NCBI GenBank assembly: GCA_050014115.1
Contig: JBEKDY010000001.1
Span: 2,369-66,368, forward strand
Origin: Candidatus Sulfotelmatobacter sp.
Lineage (GTDB): Bacteria; Acidobacteriota; Terriglobia; Terriglobales; Acidobacteriaceae
Direction of reading: 5' to 3'
Length of the DNA stretch: 64,000 nucleotides
The notes under the pieces are model-generated. The model was given only the letters and a program-made list of their open reading frames with translations. It had not been told where the DNA came from and ran no database searches. Within the stretch, counting starts at the first letter, position 1; the number at the start of each line of letters is the position of its first letter. Position numbers and translations under genes: made by a program. Positions 16,971 through 27,592 of this stretch are shown piece after piece.

Positions 16971-18812
16971 CTACTTCGGCGGATGACTGAGGCCCCAGAC
17001 ATACGCAGCCAGCGCCGACGCCTGGGTGTCGGACAGTTGCGCTCCACCCTGAGGCGGCATCGGACTGCGGAATTTCCTGGGCTGAGGCACTCCTTCGTTG
17101 ATCACTTTCAGAATTCCGGCGAAACTGCCGTCGCTCCACATCCACTCTTTCTTCGTCAGATCGGGCCCAAGCGTCGAGCCGGTGCCATTTGCGCCGTGGC
17201 AACCGGTACAACTCGCTCCTCCCACTTGACCGTGGAAAATGCGAACACCAAGCGCAACCATATCTGCCGTCGACCCTTCGGGCACCGGAAGATTTTCAGT
17301 CTCACTCTCCGGCGGCTGGGCCGACGATTCAACAACTTTGCCAGCAGGAGCAGAAATGCTCGGACATGGAGTCGCCTTCGGCGCGGGGCCCGCGGGATCC
17401 CCCGTGTAGACGATCCGATAAATCCGTCCGTGAATGTCCTCAGAGACGTAGAGCGCCCCGTCCGGCCCCACCGCAAGTCCCGTGGGTCGATAGGTAGCGC
17501 CTTCAGGGGTCTTCTTCGCCCCCGCAAAGCCGTCCGCGAATATCTCGCACGCGCCCGCTGCGTGGTCGCCGTCGAGCGGCTGAAACACTACGTTGTACCC
17601 GCCTTGCGCAAACGGCGCCCGATTCCACGATCCGTGAAACGCAATGAATACGCCGTCACGGTAGCGGTTCGGAAATTTTTTCCCATCGTATCGCACCATG
17701 CCATTCGGTGCCCAGTGCGCTGGAAATGCGGCGGCTGGACCCATTTTGTTCGCGCAAACGCCCACCGCTTTGCCGCCGTCGCCGCCATACTCCGGAGCCA
17801 GCACGAGTCTTTTCTGCGCGCCGTCGTAGTAGCACTCCGGCCAGCCGTAGTCGCCGCCGGACTTCAGCAGCATCAATTCTTCGGCCGGCAGCGTAGCTTC
17901 TTCCTCCGGTTTGTAAAATTCCGGCCAATTCGAATGCAGTTGATCGCGCCCATGCTGCGTAACAAACAAGCGCCCGGCCGAGTCGAAGGCAAAGCCTTCC
18001 GCGTTGCGTATCCCCGTTGCGTAGCGCTCTGCAGGGGAGAACACCTGACTTGTTTTGTTGGCGTCAAAGCGCCACACGCCGCCTCGGGTCTCAAGTTCGG
18101 TGCATGGATTGTCCCCGGGTATCTTGGGCTGGCGGTTCTTCGCTTGGCAGGAATTGGTCGCGGTCGCAACGTCCACATACATCGATCCATCGGCACCAAT
18201 AATGAAGGGATGCATGGGATGATCGCCGCCCAGAGGCAATTTGGAGACGATCGTTTCAGCGGCATTGTTTGGAACGATGGAATCGCCGGAAAATGAATAG
18301 CGCACGATGCGGTCGTTGATCTCCGCGTAAATCGATCCCTTATACATGCCGATGCCGACTCCACCGGCTCCGCCCGTCTGCACGGTTTCACCGAATCGCT
18401 CGATCACATCCGCTCTTCCCGTGCCACTCTTGTCTTGCAGCGCCACCAGAAAACCCCCATCGTGCGGTTTGTCGAAATCGTAGTAGTCCCCCGACCACGT
18501 ATTGACGTACACCACTCCGCTCGGAGCAACCACGAGATGGCGCGTGTGCCCAATACCTTCAGCGAACACAGTCGCGCAGAAACCAGCGGGCAATTTCAAG
18601 CCGCTGTCGTCGTGTGAACACGATCCACTTTTTGGTTTATTGCCAGGACTCGGCAGATTTTGTGCCGACGCCATGATGCCGACGGCGAACACAACGCTGA
18701 TTACCACAATGGCAGACAGCCGAGACCTGTTTAATCGCAGCGATCGCATCGAAACCTCCGGAGATCCACTAAGGACGGTCGCGAGCGATTCTAATACACT
18801 CGTCAGGTTCAT
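16971..18812 (-). CDS. PQQ-dependent sugar (sorbosone/glucose) dehydrogenase fused to a C-terminal cytochrome c domain
   Basis: SGDH beta-propeller motifs (GGDHPMHPF, RYATGIRNAEGFAFD, GGDYGWPECYYD). The C-terminal CTGCHG haem site is followed by a PMPP Met-ligand region. Signal/anchor segment LSAIVVISVVFAVGIMASA. The start may be the internal ATG at 18749. Confidence 0.8.
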   Translation of the reverse strand: MNLTSVLESLATVLSGSPEVSMRSLRLNRSRLSAIVVISVVFAVGIMASAQNLPSPGNKPKSGSCSHDDSGLKLPAGFCATVFAEGIGHTRHLVVAPSGVVYVNTWSGDYYDFDKPHDGGFLVALQDKSGTGRADVIERFGETVQTGGAGGVGIGMYKGSIYAEINDRIVRYSFSGDSIVPNNAAETIVSKLPLGGDHPMHPFIIGADGSMYVDVATATNSCQAKNRQPKIPGDNPCTELETRGGVWRFDANKTSQVFSPAERYATGIRNAEGFAFDSAGRLFVTQHGRDQLHSNWPEFYKPEEEATLPAEELMLLKSGGDYGWPECYYDGAQKRLVLAPEYGGDGGKAVGVCANKMGPAAAFPAHWAPNGMVRYDGKKFPNRYRDGVFIAFHGSWNRAPFAQGGYNVVFQPLDGDHAAGACEIFADGFAGAKKTPEGATYRPTGLAVGPDGALYVSEDIHGRIYRIVYTGDPAGPAPKATPCPSISAPAGKVVESSAQPPESETENLPVPEGSTADMVALGVRIFHGQVGGASCTGCHGANGTGSTLGPDLTKKEWMWSDGSFAGILKVINEGVPQPRKFRSPMPPQGGAQLSDTQASALAAYVWGLSHPPK

Positions 18813-19062
18813 GTGGCTCCCTCAATGGCAGCGTTGCGCTGCAAGCGGTTTTTCGTGATTCTGGCCCAGGGCCAGGAGCCTCCGACTCTGTCTGGAAAAG
18901 AAGATTCGTTCCCGCGCGGACCTCAGGATGACAAAACGGTTGGTGCAACGCGGTATGTGCCGGTGGCAGGCGGCGCAATTGCTCGTCCGCAAACTGCGCC
19001 ACCGCCGATCGGTAAACACGTCGGGCCCAGAACGGCTTCGGTTTTGATGAGAGGCAGCGGTC

Positions 19063-22000
19063 TTACAGGCGAATAGGCGGAGCGTTCTCGGCCTGGCCCG
19101 TCAATAAAAGTTGGAACTCCTCCACCGGCAGCGCCGCACTGAACAGGAACCCCTGGAATGAATGGCAGCCCAGTCGGGCCAGGAAGTCTCGCTGTGCTTC
19201 CGTTTCCACGCCCTCGGCAATCACCGACAATCCCATGGCTCGGCTCAGGGAAATGATGCTCTGCGCAATGGCGCTGCTGCTCGAGTCCACCAGAATGTCC
19301 CGGACAAATTCCTGGTCGATCTTCAACTGGTCCAGAGGCAAACGCCGCAGATAGGCCAGGGACGAATACCCCATGCCAAAATCGTCCAGAGAGAATCTCA
19401 AGCCATGCGACTTGAGCGCTCTCATTTTTGCGACGACATCCTCAAGATCCTCCACGAACATGCTCTCGGTGAGTTCCAGTTTCAGATTTTGCGGATTCGC
19501 TCCGGTTCGATCGAGGGTCGACAAAACATTCTGCACGAAGTCCGGATTGAGCAACTGGCGCGCGCTGATATTCACCGCAACCGTCAGATGAGCCGTATTT
19601 TTCCGCGCCGCCCATGCCGCCATCTGTTTGCACGCGGTTTCCAGCACCCAGTCTCCCAACGACAGGATCAGCCCGGTTTGCTCGGCCAGCGGAATGAACT
19701 CGTCGGGCGACAAAAAGCCGCGCTTCGCATGCTTCCAGCGCACAAGCGCCTCGGCGCCGATCAAGATCCCGCGATCCACCTGAGGCTGATAGTAGAGCCG
19801 GAAATCCTTCGCCTTTATCGCCTGCCGGAGATCTTCCTCCATTACCGCTCGGGCGTTTACCGCAGCCTGCAAAGCCGGCGCGAAGAAATGCAAGGTATTG
19901 CGGCCTGCCGCCTTCGCCTGATACATCGCAATATCCGCCTGCTGCAAAACTTCATTTGTGCTGTCCTGCGGATTCCCGTACACGGTGATCCCGATGCTGG
20001 AACTGCTTCGGCATTCGCGGCCATCCAGCAGATACGGTTCGTGAATGGCGGCGAGAATTTTTTCTCCGACAGTTTTTGCCTGAGCCGCCGCATCCTCTGG
20101 CGTTTCGCTGAGATCCTGCAACAAAACCACAAACTCGTCTCCGCCCAGTCGCGCGACCGTGTCGGTTTCGCGGATGCTGGCGACAATGCGCCGGGCGACT
20201 TCCTGCAACAGCAGGTCGCCTATGTGATGTCCGAGCGTGTCGTTCAACGTCTTGAAGTCATCGAGATCCACGAACAGCAGCGCTCGCTTCCGGTTGCTGC
20301 GGATGCTCGCCGCCAGGGTTTGACGCAACCGGTCCAACAGAAGCCGGCGGTTGGGCAGGCTGGTCAATGGATCGAAGAACGCGAGATTCCTGATCTCGTC
20401 ATGGGCCGCCTTCAGTTGCTGCAGTTCGCGCTCCCGTCTGTGCCCGCTGACAATGCGCAAGCGGACCACAACGCCGGCAATCAGCACCGGCGTGAGCCCG
20501 CAGATGCCGATAAACCACCACGACGCATACCACGGAGTCAGAATTCTGAAAGCGAACTCCGTCCCGTGCTCACTCCACACTCCATCGCCGTCCTGCGCTT
20601 CTATCTCCAGGCGATAGGCTCCCGGCGCCAGTTCTGCGAACTGCAGTTCCCTTTGCGTGGTCTCGGTCCAGGTTGCATTCGAACCTTCGAGCCGGTAGCG
20701 AAACAGAATGCGACCTTCGTTCGAAACGTTCAGCGCGGAGTATCGCGCGATCAGTGAGTTGGCATGGACGCTGAACGATGGATTGCTCCGCCCGGAAACA
20801 TCCGTTCTTCCCATCATCAGCTTCGTGAAAACCACCTCGATCGGTACTTCCGGCGAGAGTCGAGGACGCGGCTTGAATTGAGAAAGTCCTCCGCTGGTTC
20901 CGATCCACACGGTGCCGTCGGGTTCCTGGGCGAACCCGTTCAGGTCGCAGTCATTCCAGGCCAGGCCGTCGCTCGTGTCGTAGTGACTCCAGCGGGAACC
21001 GTTCCACATGTCAACGCCCCGCTCCGTCCCCGCCCACAATCGCCCCGACGCGTCGAGTTGCAGAAAATACACGAGTCCATCGCTGCCCGGCCTCTGGACG
21101 CCCTTCTCGATTGCCAGACCGTTCAGCCCGAGATGGACACGATCAATACCACCCCCGAACCGGTACCCGATCCAGATCTCCCCATTCGCACCTGCACCCA
21201 GCGAGAGAATTTCCTGATTGCTTAAGCCAGTAGCGCGGGTGAAGTTCTGCCAGTGCCCGTTGGCGTACGCGAAAAGCCCATCGGCGCCGCCGGCCCAGAT
21301 GTTGCCGTCGCTTCCCTCCGCGATTGCCCAGAATCGCTGGAACGGCAATTCGGCGACTCGTGAAAATACTCGATACGGAGGACTGGCCAAAAAGAGCCCC
21401 ACGTCCGTTGCGGCCCAGAGCCTTTGCTGACGATCAAAACGCAAGGTGTACGCCGACTTGCCCAGAAGACCCTGCGCCTCGCCAAACCGTTCCACCCGGC
21501 CGGTTCGTGGATGAAGACGGGCTATCCCGTTCGCTTCAGTGCCGATCCATAGATCGTCATTGGCGGGAGCCATGCGAACGCTGTGAACCGGAAACCCATC
21601 CAGCCCCGCGACTTTCGTCCACCGGATGCCAGAGTGTTGTCGAACCCCGCGCAGCAACCCTCCCTCGGTGCCAACCCAGAGTGTGCCGTCTGCCTGCGGC
21701 TGGATCTCATACACAATATCGCTCGCCAGGCCGCTCGCCGTTGAGTAACTCACCCATTCGTGGTAGCCCCGCCACTGCGCAACTCCCCGGCCCGCCATTC
21801 CGATCCACAGCGAGTGCTGCCGGTCCTCAAAAACCGAATAGACGGCCCCGCGAAGCCCAACGGTCCGGTCGATCTTTTGCCAGCCCTTCCCGTCCTGAAT
21901 CAGCAGTCCATCGGGAGACGGCAGCAGAATCCGCCCGTCCGCATCGATGCCCGGAGTGCCGATCACACTGGTTGGCAGCGGCGCAGGTGGGCTTCGAAAC

Positions 22001-22713
22001 TCGGTTTCGCCCGCGGGCAAAAGAAAAACCGCATGATTCTTGGTTCGCACCCAAACATTGCCCTCGTGATCCTTGCGGATCACCATCAAGGCATATTCCG
22101 GCAGCCCGCTCTCTCGCCCAAACACTCGAGTGCCATCACTATCCACGCGGCAGAGTTCGTGCCCGCATCCGTACCACAGGATGTCGCCATCCACCAGCAC
22201 ACCATCCACAGATGGCCCGGAAGTTCCCAAAGCCCGGGGAAACCGGCTCTCGGCAAATCCATCATGTCCGGGTTCGGAATGCAGTTCGATCAGACCCGCG
22301 TCGGTGCCGAGGAAGGTGTGCCCCTTGCCATCTGACTGGATGCCTTGGGATGGACTGACTGTGTTGAAACTGACTTTAAGTTTTTCGAAGGTATTGCCAC
22401 GCAAGTGATAGAGCCCAAAGGCTCCCCCGGCCAGAAGAGAGCCGTCCGGAGCTTCACCGAACGCGGCGACGGAAGAGATCGGAATGCCCTGTGCCGGTCC
22501 AAAGGCCTCAAAACGATCTCCATCATAGCGAAACAGGCCATTTTCCGTGCTTACCCAAATGAAGCCCCCACGGTCCTGGTAGACCTGACGCACGGCGAGG
22601 TTGTTGAGGCCCTCAGCGTTTCCGAAGGTACGGAAACTGTATTCCTGCGCGCAAAGAACTCCTGACACCAGCAGCAGGAAGCCAAAAGCGCGCGCAAGTC
22701 TGGTGCACTTCAC
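19063..22713 (-). CDS. sensor diguanylate cyclase/phosphodiesterase: beta-propeller + Y_Y_Y periplasmic sensor, TM, GGDEF, EAL
   Basis: Signal peptide, then many two-component-regulator propeller repeats (G.W.GT..GL) and a TM segment WWFIGICGLTPVLIAGVVV. Intact GGDEF (RLGGDEFVVLL) and EAL (GAEALVRW, DDFGMGYSSL) domains. Confidence 0.9.
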   Translation of the reverse strand: MKCTRLARAFGFLLLVSGVLCAQEYSFRTFGNAEGLNNLAVRQVYQDRGGFIWVSTENGLFRYDGDRFEAFGPAQGIPISSVAAFGEAPDGSLLAGGAFGLYHLRGNTFEKLKVSFNTVSPSQGIQSDGKGHTFLGTDAGLIELHSEPGHDGFAESRFPRALGTSGPSVDGVLVDGDILWYGCGHELCRVDSDGTRVFGRESGLPEYALMVIRKDHEGNVWVRTKNHAVFLLPAGETEFRSPPAPLPTSVIGTPGIDADGRILLPSPDGLLIQDGKGWQKIDRTVGLRGAVYSVFEDRQHSLWIGMAGRGVAQWRGYHEWVSYSTASGLASDIVYEIQPQADGTLWVGTEGGLLRGVRQHSGIRWTKVAGLDGFPVHSVRMAPANDDLWIGTEANGIARLHPRTGRVERFGEAQGLLGKSAYTLRFDRQQRLWAATDVGLFLASPPYRVFSRVAELPFQRFWAIAEGSDGNIWAGGADGLFAYANGHWQNFTRATGLSNQEILSLGAGANGEIWIGYRFGGGIDRVHLGLNGLAIEKGVQRPGSDGLVYFLQLDASGRLWAGTERGVDMWNGSRWSHYDTSDGLAWNDCDLNGFAQEPDGTVWIGTSGGLSQFKPRPRLSPEVPIEVVFTKLMMGRTDVSGRSNPSFSVHANSLIARYSALNVSNEGRILFRYRLEGSNATWTETTQRELQFAELAPGAYRLEIEAQDGDGVWSEHGTEFAFRILTPWYASWWFIGICGLTPVLIAGVVVRLRIVSGHRRERELQQLKAAHDEIRNLAFFDPLTSLPNRRLLLDRLRQTLAASIRSNRKRALLFVDLDDFKTLNDTLGHHIGDLLLQEVARRIVASIRETDTVARLGGDEFVVLLQDLSETPEDAAAQAKTVGEKILAAIHEPYLLDGRECRSSSSIGITVYGNPQDSTNEVLQQADIAMYQAKAAGRNTLHFFAPALQAAVNARAVMEEDLRQAIKAKDFRLYYQPQVDRGILIGAEALVRWKHAKRGFLSPDEFIPLAEQTGLILSLGDWVLETACKQMAAWAARKNTAHLTVAVNISARQLLNPDFVQNVLSTLDRTGANPQNLKLELTESMFVEDLEDVVAKMRALKSHGLRFSLDDFGMGYSSLAYLRRLPLDQLKIDQEFVRDILVDSSSSAIAQSIISLSRAMGLSVIAEGVETEAQRDFLARLGCHSFQGFLFSAALPVEEFQLLLTGQAENAPPIRL

Positions 22714-23012
22714 GCACGCATAATATCGTCCATCTCGTTCAATCCATTAGCTTAATTTGATTTTGAAGCGAACGGAAGTAACAAAAGGGAGCTTATTTGA
22801 GACTTATTTTGAGCAAATCGTCATCGGAAAGCTGGAATGAATGCAATAACTTCTGTTTTTGCAGATGGTTACAGAGAATACATAGACCAACACAAGAGGC
22901 CGCCATTTTGGCAGCGAGTCCGAGAAGTTTCCGAGCCTTACGCGTCGACACCACGTACAGATGTTGTCGCGGTTGCGGCTTCGTCGCTCCGCTGTCGAAT
23001 TACTTCAAATCA

Positions 23013-26000
23013 TTACTTCACGTCGAACGTGTAGGAGCCTGAGCCGACTGTCACGACGTAGGATCCGTTTTCTGGCTGGGCGTCTAGTGGATTCCCATCT
23101 TCCGTGAGCAGTGCTCCGGGGATTGCGGGCAGAAAAACCTTTGCCGAGGTGTTCGCGGGAATCGTTACGCTTAGAGAAAATGGACCCGCGAGAGTTCCCT
23201 TCCAGTCGCTGATGATTTTGCCGTAGACCGAGTCATATTCCGCACGCGCGGACGTCATGCGTGCGTCGAGATGCGGATGGATGACGATCTCTTTGAAGCC
23301 GGGCGAACTCGGCGACGTATCAATGCCAGCGGCGTAACGGTAGACCCAGGCGATGACCGAGCCGAACGCGTAGTGGTTGTAGGAGTTCATGGAGGGATCG
23401 CCAGTGTCTCCGTTCCAGCGCTCCCACCACGTGGTGGCGCCTTTCGAGAGCATGTAACCCCAGGATGGGTAAGTATCGTTCAGCAACAGACGGTACGCCA
23501 CATCGGAGCGGCCGTGATCGGCGAGGGTGAAAAGCAGGAAAGGCGTGCCGAGGAATCCTGTCGATAGGTGCCAGTTGCGGGCTTCGATATCTTTGACGAG
23601 TTTGTCGACCAGCAGAGGCTCCAGGCTTTCGGGCGCCATCTTTGTGTAGAGCGCGACTACGTAGGAAGTTTGCGTTCCGGTCCCAACTTCTCCGTTGTCT
23701 TTGACGTAGGCCTTCTGGAATGCCGCGCGGATGTTCTGCACGACGTCGTCGTAGCGGTTGGCGTCGGCGTCTTTGCCGATGGCGTGCGCCATTTGTGACA
23801 TCATGTTCGCGATCAGGGACCAGTATGCGGTCGCGAGGAGTTCTTTGTTGGTATTTCCATCGGGCGCCAGCCAATCGGCGAAGTCTGGACCAAGCGCTTT
23901 GGTGCGGAGGAAGTCGGGATTCCGGGTTTGGATGAAATCCATCCAGCGCTGCATCGGCTCCCAGTTTTCTTCGATGATGGCTTTATCGCCGTATTGCAGC
24001 CATGTGGTCCACGGGACGATGACGCCGGCGTCGCCCCAGCCGGGTGCGCCGGTGCGATCGCTGTTGTCGCTCGCTGGTGAAGCATCTTCTTTTTCGTTGG
24101 CGGGTTCGTCGGCGCTGGAAGGAAGCACGTTGGGAGAGACATTGGTAAATGCGCCCTGGCGATTTTGCGCGTCGACAATGTCCTGGATGAATTTCTGCGA
24201 GAACGCAGCGATGTCGAAGTTGTAGCTTCCGGTTCGCCAGAAGACTCCGGCATCGCCCATCCAGCCGAGGCGTTCGTCACGCTGCGGACAGTCGGTGGGG
24301 ATGCTCAGGAAATTTCCGCGCTGACCCCAGATGCCGATCGACCACATCCGATTGACCAGGTCGCTTGAGGTTGCGAGCTTAGCCACGGGGTCGCCGCTCA
24401 CACTGCTGACGACGTCTCCCTTGATCGCATCGAGTGGCGGCGTTCCGGGATAGCCCGTCATCTCGACGTAGCGGAATCCGTGGAAAGTGAAATGCGGAGC
24501 GAAAGTTTCTTCGTCATTATCGTTGCCGCCGCGCAGAATATAAACGTCCGTGGCGTCGGCATTTCGCAGATTTGCAGTGTAGATGGTGCCATCCGGATTC
24601 AGAATCTCGGCGAAGCGCAGTTGGACTTTGGTGCCCGCGGGGCCTTTCACTTTGAGCGTGGCCCATCCCACCATGTTCTGGCCCATGTCGAAGATGTAGG
24701 TTCCGTTTGGAGCGGGAGTCACACGCTTAGGGTCCAAGGTAGCGATCACTTGCGCTGGGTGCGTTTTCTCGGCGGACACGGCGATGGCAGGCGCGGTCGC
24801 GATATCGGCCGACTTCCATGCTGAGTCATTGAAACCAGCGTTCTCCCATCCAACCTGTTCGAGGCGCGCGTCGTAGACTTCGCCGGCGTAGATGGTTGAG
24901 TAAAGAATGGGTGACGCGGCCGCCTTCCACGATTCGTCGGTCACGACCGTTTCGTAAGTGCCGTCGGCGTAGGCGATTTCGAGTTGCGCGATAAAACGGT
25001 TCGGCGGAGGAAAGAAATGCATTCCGATCCACGTGAGACCGCTGCCGTACCAACCGTCACCCAGCAGAGCGCTGATGACGTTTTTGCCGTTGACCAGTGA
25101 GCTGGTCACATCGTAGACCTGATATACGACTCGTTTGCGATAGTCGGTGAAATCAGGGGTGAGGACGTCGGCTCCGACCTGGCTGCCGTTTATAAAAGCG
25201 CGGTAGCTTCCCAGGGCGGTTACGTAGAGTCTGGCGCTTTGCACGGTCTTTGATATGGCGAGCGTTCGGCGAAGATATGCGGCGGGCTGCGGGAGTTCTC
25301 CGGGATCTCCCAGTCGCTTGTCGGTTAATTCCGCGACGACGTGGGCGGAATGCCAACCGGATGTTTTATCGAGGCTCGCCTTCCAGTGTTCATTCGTTGG
25401 GAAGCGCATCGTGGTGCCGTTGGAGCGCGTGATTTTTACAAGGGCTGCCAGCGCGGCCGCGGTTTTCGCTCCGGGGTCCGGTCCGAATCCCGGCGCAGCG
25501 ACGGTGACTTCAATTGTGTTGATGCCCACGACCAACTGATCTGAAATATCTCTGCGATCGAACGTGGACCATCTTTTCTTGGCATCCACTTGGTGACCGT
25601 TTACCGTTGCGACGAAGTCTCCCCGGGTCGCGAGCAGCAGGACGGCGTCTCTTGCTTTCTCAGGGAGCTTGACGGTGACGCGAAACGTGGCAGCCGTCTG
25701 TGGCACTACCGCGAGCGCATCCTGACCTGGGACCCAGATCCAGCGAATCCCTTTGCGGTCGGCGTCGTCCTCGGGGTTTTTCCAGTGAATCCACTTTGCC
25801 TTCCAATCGGTCGAGCCGAGCAGGCCCATCTCCCACCATGCTGTTTCCATCGACTCTGAAACTTGCCCTGCCGCGTCCCACACGCGGACTTTCCAGTAAT
25901 ATCGCCGCCGTGATTCCAGTGGTGGACCGCCGTAAGCAATTCCTATCGATTCTGCTGAATCAACCTTGCCGCTGTCCCAGACATCAGCTTTGCCGGCTCG

Positions 26001-26273
26001 CAGATCCCCGTCGTTACTGGCTACCAGAAGTTCATAAGCCGACTGTCTCCAATTGCGCTCGGCGTTGTCGCTCTGCCAGGACAAGTGAGGACGCGGAGAA
26101 TCGATACCCAGAGGATTCTCCAGATATTCGCAGTGCAGGTGAACGGGCTTGGCGAAACCGGACGACACCAGAATGAGAATTGCGATGACTACACTCAGTG
26201 ATTTTAAATTCTGCACATGGTCCTCCGGGGACGAGCCCTGGCAATTGTACGGATACACCAACCTATAATTCAT
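23013..26273 (-). CDS. alpha-L-rhamnosidase (GH78), secreted
   Basis: N-terminal signature CEYLENPLGIDSPRPHLSWQ...QSAYELLVAS...WDSGKV...YYWKVRVWD. Catalytic (alpha/alpha)6 region with DCPQRDERLGWMGD. The signal peptide is more plausible from the GTG at 26216 (VQNLKSLSVVIAILILVSSGFA). Confidence 0.9.
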   Translation of the reverse strand: MNYRLVYPYNCQGSSPEDHVQNLKSLSVVIAILILVSSGFAKPVHLHCEYLENPLGIDSPRPHLSWQSDNAERNWRQSAYELLVASNDGDLRAGKADVWDSGKVDSAESIGIAYGGPPLESRRRYYWKVRVWDAAGQVSESMETAWWEMGLLGSTDWKAKWIHWKNPEDDADRKGIRWIWVPGQDALAVVPQTAATFRVTVKLPEKARDAVLLLATRGDFVATVNGHQVDAKKRWSTFDRRDISDQLVVGINTIEVTVAAPGFGPDPGAKTAAALAALVKITRSNGTTMRFPTNEHWKASLDKTSGWHSAHVVAELTDKRLGDPGELPQPAAYLRRTLAISKTVQSARLYVTALGSYRAFINGSQVGADVLTPDFTDYRKRVVYQVYDVTSSLVNGKNVISALLGDGWYGSGLTWIGMHFFPPPNRFIAQLEIAYADGTYETVVTDESWKAAASPILYSTIYAGEVYDARLEQVGWENAGFNDSAWKSADIATAPAIAVSAEKTHPAQVIATLDPKRVTPAPNGTYIFDMGQNMVGWATLKVKGPAGTKVQLRFAEILNPDGTIYTANLRNADATDVYILRGGNDNDEETFAPHFTFHGFRYVEMTGYPGTPPLDAIKGDVVSSVSGDPVAKLATSSDLVNRMWSIGIWGQRGNFLSIPTDCPQRDERLGWMGDAGVFWRTGSYNFDIAAFSQKFIQDIVDAQNRQGAFTNVSPNVLPSSADEPANEKEDASPASDNSDRTGAPGWGDAGVIVPWTTWLQYGDKAIIEENWEPMQRWMDFIQTRNPDFLRTKALGPDFADWLAPDGNTNKELLATAYWSLIANMMSQMAHAIGKDADANRYDDVVQNIRAAFQKAYVKDNGEVGTGTQTSYVVALYTKMAPESLEPLLVDKLVKDIEARNWHLSTGFLGTPFLLFTLADHGRSDVAYRLLLNDTYPSWGYMLSKGATTWWERWNGDTGDPSMNSYNHYAFGSVIAWVYRYAAGIDTSPSSPGFKEIVIHPHLDARMTSARAEYDSVYGKIISDWKGTLAGPFSLSVTIPANTSAKVFLPAIPGALLTEDGNPLDAQPENGSYVVTVGSGSYTFDVK

Positions 26274-26401
26274 GTCCCGCAGCCGGGCCGTCCCCAGGCC
26301 GCGCTGTTCGTTCTACAATGCGACACTAAGGATCGCGCAAAGAACTTCGTGACTTGATGAGATAAGGATTGTAATCTTCGTTGCCAAAAAAGAGGTCGCT
26401 G

Positions 26402-27592
26402 ATGAACGGGCTCGACAGTAAAAAGATATTTGATGCGCTCGAGACATTTCGCATTGAACTGCCATCCTGGGGCTTCGCCAATACTGGTACGCGATTTGGG
26501 AAATTTATTCAACCGGCAGCGGCCACCACCACCGAGGAGAAGTTCAGCGACGCCGGCCAGGTTCATCTGCACACTGGCGTCTGCCCTACTGTAGCGTTGC
26601 ATGTTCTGTGGGATTTTCCTGATGGCGTCGGCAGTGCGAATGACATCAAGAAGTTTTCTGACCGTTATCGAGTTCTGCCGGGTTCCATCAACCCCAACCT
26701 TTTCCAGGATCAGGAATATAAATATGGCTCGTTCGGGAATCCTGATCCGGCGATTCGCCAGCGTGCGCTTCAGCATACTAAGGAGAGCATTGAGATCGCG
26801 CGGCGGCTGAACAGCAGAGACATTTCGATGTGGTTTGCCGATGGGTCAAATTACCCGGGAACGGCGAACATCCGGCAACGCAAGCAATGGTTCAAGGAGT
26901 TGTTGAAGGAGTCGCATGGCGAGTTGTCTGGCGGGCAGCGGCTTCTGGTTGAGTACAAGCCATTTGAGCCTGCGTTCTATCACACTGACATTGCGGATTG
27001 GGGCATGGCTCTGCTTTTGGCGCGGGCCGCGGGGACGCAGGCGCGAGTGCTGGTGGATACGGGGCATCACTACGCGGCGCAAAACATTGAACAGATTGTT
27101 TCGTGGCTTTTGTCGGAGGGGATGCTGGGTGGTTTCCATTTTAACGATCGCCGCTATGCTGACGACGATTTGACGATGGGATCGATCGATCCGTATCAGG
27201 TGTTTCGCATTTTTCATGAGATCCGTTATTTCGAGTGGGAAACCGGGAAGCCAGCGGATATCGCGTACATGATCGATCAGAGTCATAATCTCAAAGGAAA
27301 AATTGAGGCGATGATCCAAACCGTGACCGTCGCGCAGGAACTTTTCTCGAAAGCGGCGCTGGTGGACGGTCGAGAACTTGCGGCGGCGCAGACAAATTGT
27401 GATTTGATGCGTGCCGAGTCTTTGTTGCAAGATGCATTCGCTACCGACGTTCGGCCGGCGATCCAGGAATGGCGGGAGTCCAAGGGCCTGCCAAAGAATG
27501 CAATGGAGGCTTTCCGGCAGAGCGGGTACCTCGAACGCATCACGAAGGAACGCGCGGCCCGGAATTTGCGAAACGTTTCCTCTTATGCTTAA
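26402..27592 (+). CDS. rhaI: L-rhamnose isomerase (non-E. coli, xylose-isomerase-like TIM-barrel type)
   Basis: Motifs ELPSWGFANTGTRF, SINPNLFQDQEYKYGSFGNPD and VDTGHHY. Located in the rhamnose locus. AAGAGG lies 7 nt upstream of the ATG at 26402. The track ORF begins at the TTG at 26381. Confidence 0.85.
   Translation: MNGLDSKKIFDALETFRIELPSWGFANTGTRFGKFIQPAAATTTEEKFSDAGQVHLHTGVCPTVALHVLWDFPDGVGSANDIKKFSDRYRVLPGSINPNLFQDQEYKYGSFGNPDPAIRQRALQHTKESIEIARRLNSRDISMWFADGSNYPGTANIRQRKQWFKELLKESHGELSGGQRLLVEYKPFEPAFYHTDIADWGMALLLARAAGTQARVLVDTGHHYAAQNIEQIVSWLLSEGMLGGFHFNDRRYADDDLTMGSIDPYQVFRIFHEIRYFEWETGKPADIAYMIDQSHNLKGKIEAMIQTVTVAQELFSKAALVDGRELAAAQTNCDLMRAESLLQDAFATDVRPAIQEWRESKGLPKNAMEAFRQSGYLERITKERAARNLRNVSSYA

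Noticed and set aside
16983-18296. 437-aa plus-strand ORF
   Set aside because: It is antisense to the PQQ dehydrogenase/cytochrome c gene, and Arg/Pro/Ala/Gly-rich with no motifs. This is the typical shadow ORF of a GC-rich gene. The same reasoning applies to 17156-17527, 17873-18391 and similar ORFs.
19162-20757. 531-aa plus-strand ORF
   Set aside because: It is antisense to the GGDEF-EAL gene, whose sense frame carries intact GGDEF and EAL motifs. Its composition is R/Q/L-rich and domain-free.
22837-23034. 65-aa plus-strand ORF in the 300-bp AT-richer gap between the GGDEF-EAL and GH78 genes
   Set aside because: It has no ribosome-binding site or motif and overlaps the GH78 3' end. The region is more simply the promoter/5' UTR of the GGDEF-EAL gene. 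It also contains a small tandem CTTATTTGAG / CTTATTTTGAG, of which I could make nothing.
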